A stretch of 64,000 nt of DNA from Octopus bimaculoides (taxonomy: Eukaryota). Made by a program: the position numbers and the translations under genes. The stretch lies in NCBI RefSeq assembly GCF_001194135.2, contig NC_068989.1, positions 42,230,341 through 42,294,340 on the forward strand. Direction: 5' to 3'. The notes under the pieces are model-generated. The model saw only the letters and a list, made by a program, of their open reading frames with translations, was not told the origin of the DNA and did not search any database. Shown here in pieces: positions 1 to 64,000 of this stretch (position 1 is its first letter; every line of letters starts with the position of its first letter).

Positions 1-58
<58 letters not shown>

Positions 59-229
59 AACTCTGCCAAATCAGATTGGAGCCTGGTGTAGCCATCTGGT
101 TTCACCAGTCCTCAGTCAAATTGTTCAACCCATGCTAGCATGGAAAGCAGATGTTAAACGACGATGATGATGTATGTATATATATATCACAATATCAACC
201 AGATCATCAGATGTTGTTATACACCGCTG

Positions 230-400
230 GTCACAATGTGCTTCCAAATCTATCTTGATTGTGCCATTTTTTTCCATCTTGGCCCAAACTGCTTGACTAT
301 ATCATCTTCCCATTGTTGTGGAAGCCTTCCAAATAGCCTTTTCGAATCTTTTGGCTAACTTGGAAACTGCATGGGTTCACCTGTTGTCTGTGAATCTTGT
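230..400 (-). mobile_element. RTE-like LINE 3' fragment
   Basis: KDSKRLFGRLPQQWEDDIVKQFGPRWKKMAQSR*IWK resembles RTE C-termini (GRPxxRWxDDI...W...AQDR..W). Confidence 0.55.
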
Positions 401-797
401 GACAAACTGTTAGTTTGTTTACATCCCCGTAATTCAGCAGTTTCAGGAAAAAGATTGATAGAATAACCGCCAAACTTAAATAAGTACTGCGGTTGATTTG
501 CTTGAATAAGCTCTTCAAAGCAGTGCCTCAGCATGGCTGCAGTCCAATGATTGAAACAAGTGAAAGATGTATGTGTGTGTCAAGAAAGCTATCAGTATAT
601 ACGGCAAAATAAATTTTGACCATTCTTACTGAATGTTCTTGGTTCATCATCATCCATATCATAGGTTGGAGACAGGAACAGCACCCAGCCATAGAGAAAC
701 TGTCTCAACAAATTCCAACTGACCCATTCCATTCAAGCATTGAAAAGTGGAAGTTAAAAGTGACAATGATGACATCAATAATGATGATATACGTTAC

Positions 798-63484
<62,687 letters not shown>

Positions 63485-64000
63485 CTAAACAAACAAACAA
63501 AAAACATTTTAATTCACCTCATTTATTTGATTTGATTAAACTGGGGTAGGCATGGTTGTGTGTTTGAGAAATTCATTTGGCATCTGCAAGATTTCAGGTC
63601 CGGTACCACTATACAACACTATGCAAGTATCTTCTATTATTGCCCTAGCCCAGCCAAATCTTTGTGAATATTTTTGGTAGATGGATAGTGAAAGAAGACC
63701 ATTGTATGTATGTGTGTGTGTGTGTGTGTGTATAACATCTCTCCTTCCCTACTTAATTTAACACTGGCATATTTATATGTATATTTGCAGCTGCAGTAAC
63801 GCTTATATTTATAATGCTTACCTTGCTCTCACCCCCAGTAGGGGCAACAATTTTAACATGTTTGAATGATGATAGGTTAAAAGCGAGAACAATTGTTGTG
63901 ACATGTTTGTTATCAAACGATCACAGAAACCTTCTTTCCAGGTGCTGAATAACAACTCTCCTTTCCATGTTCCCTCCCACATCCCTTTTCCAGTTTTCAG

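Overview
AT-rich, repeat-dense animal genomic DNA with seven N gaps. The SINE, RTE and MITE repertoire and the microsatellite load suggest an octopus (inference). The whole window lies inside one minus-strand multi-exon gene, a CSPP1-like centrosome/spindle-pole protein. I reconstructed 25 GT-AG exons by hand (about 955 codons; 5' and 3' ends lie outside the window). Splice phases are continuous across the first 20 exons and across the last 5. One phase break predicts an exon hidden in or near the gap at 23433-23635, and there is a candidate 30-nt cassette microexon at 1794-1823. The introns hold: a near-complete Tc1-like transposon with DD36E spacing, an internally deleted mariner, an RT-less Tx1/L1-clade LINE, RTE LINE 3' ends, several tRNA-derived SINE families, and piggyBac-, hAT- and mariner-type MITEs. 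The 19-kb intron carries two perfect snap-back palindromes and three long hairpins. Elsewhere there are a CpG/NRF1-motif island, a decayed hammerhead-like motif and several minisatellites. No rRNA, true tRNA or CRISPR array was found. I found no single clearly new multi-gene system; the findings are individual leads.
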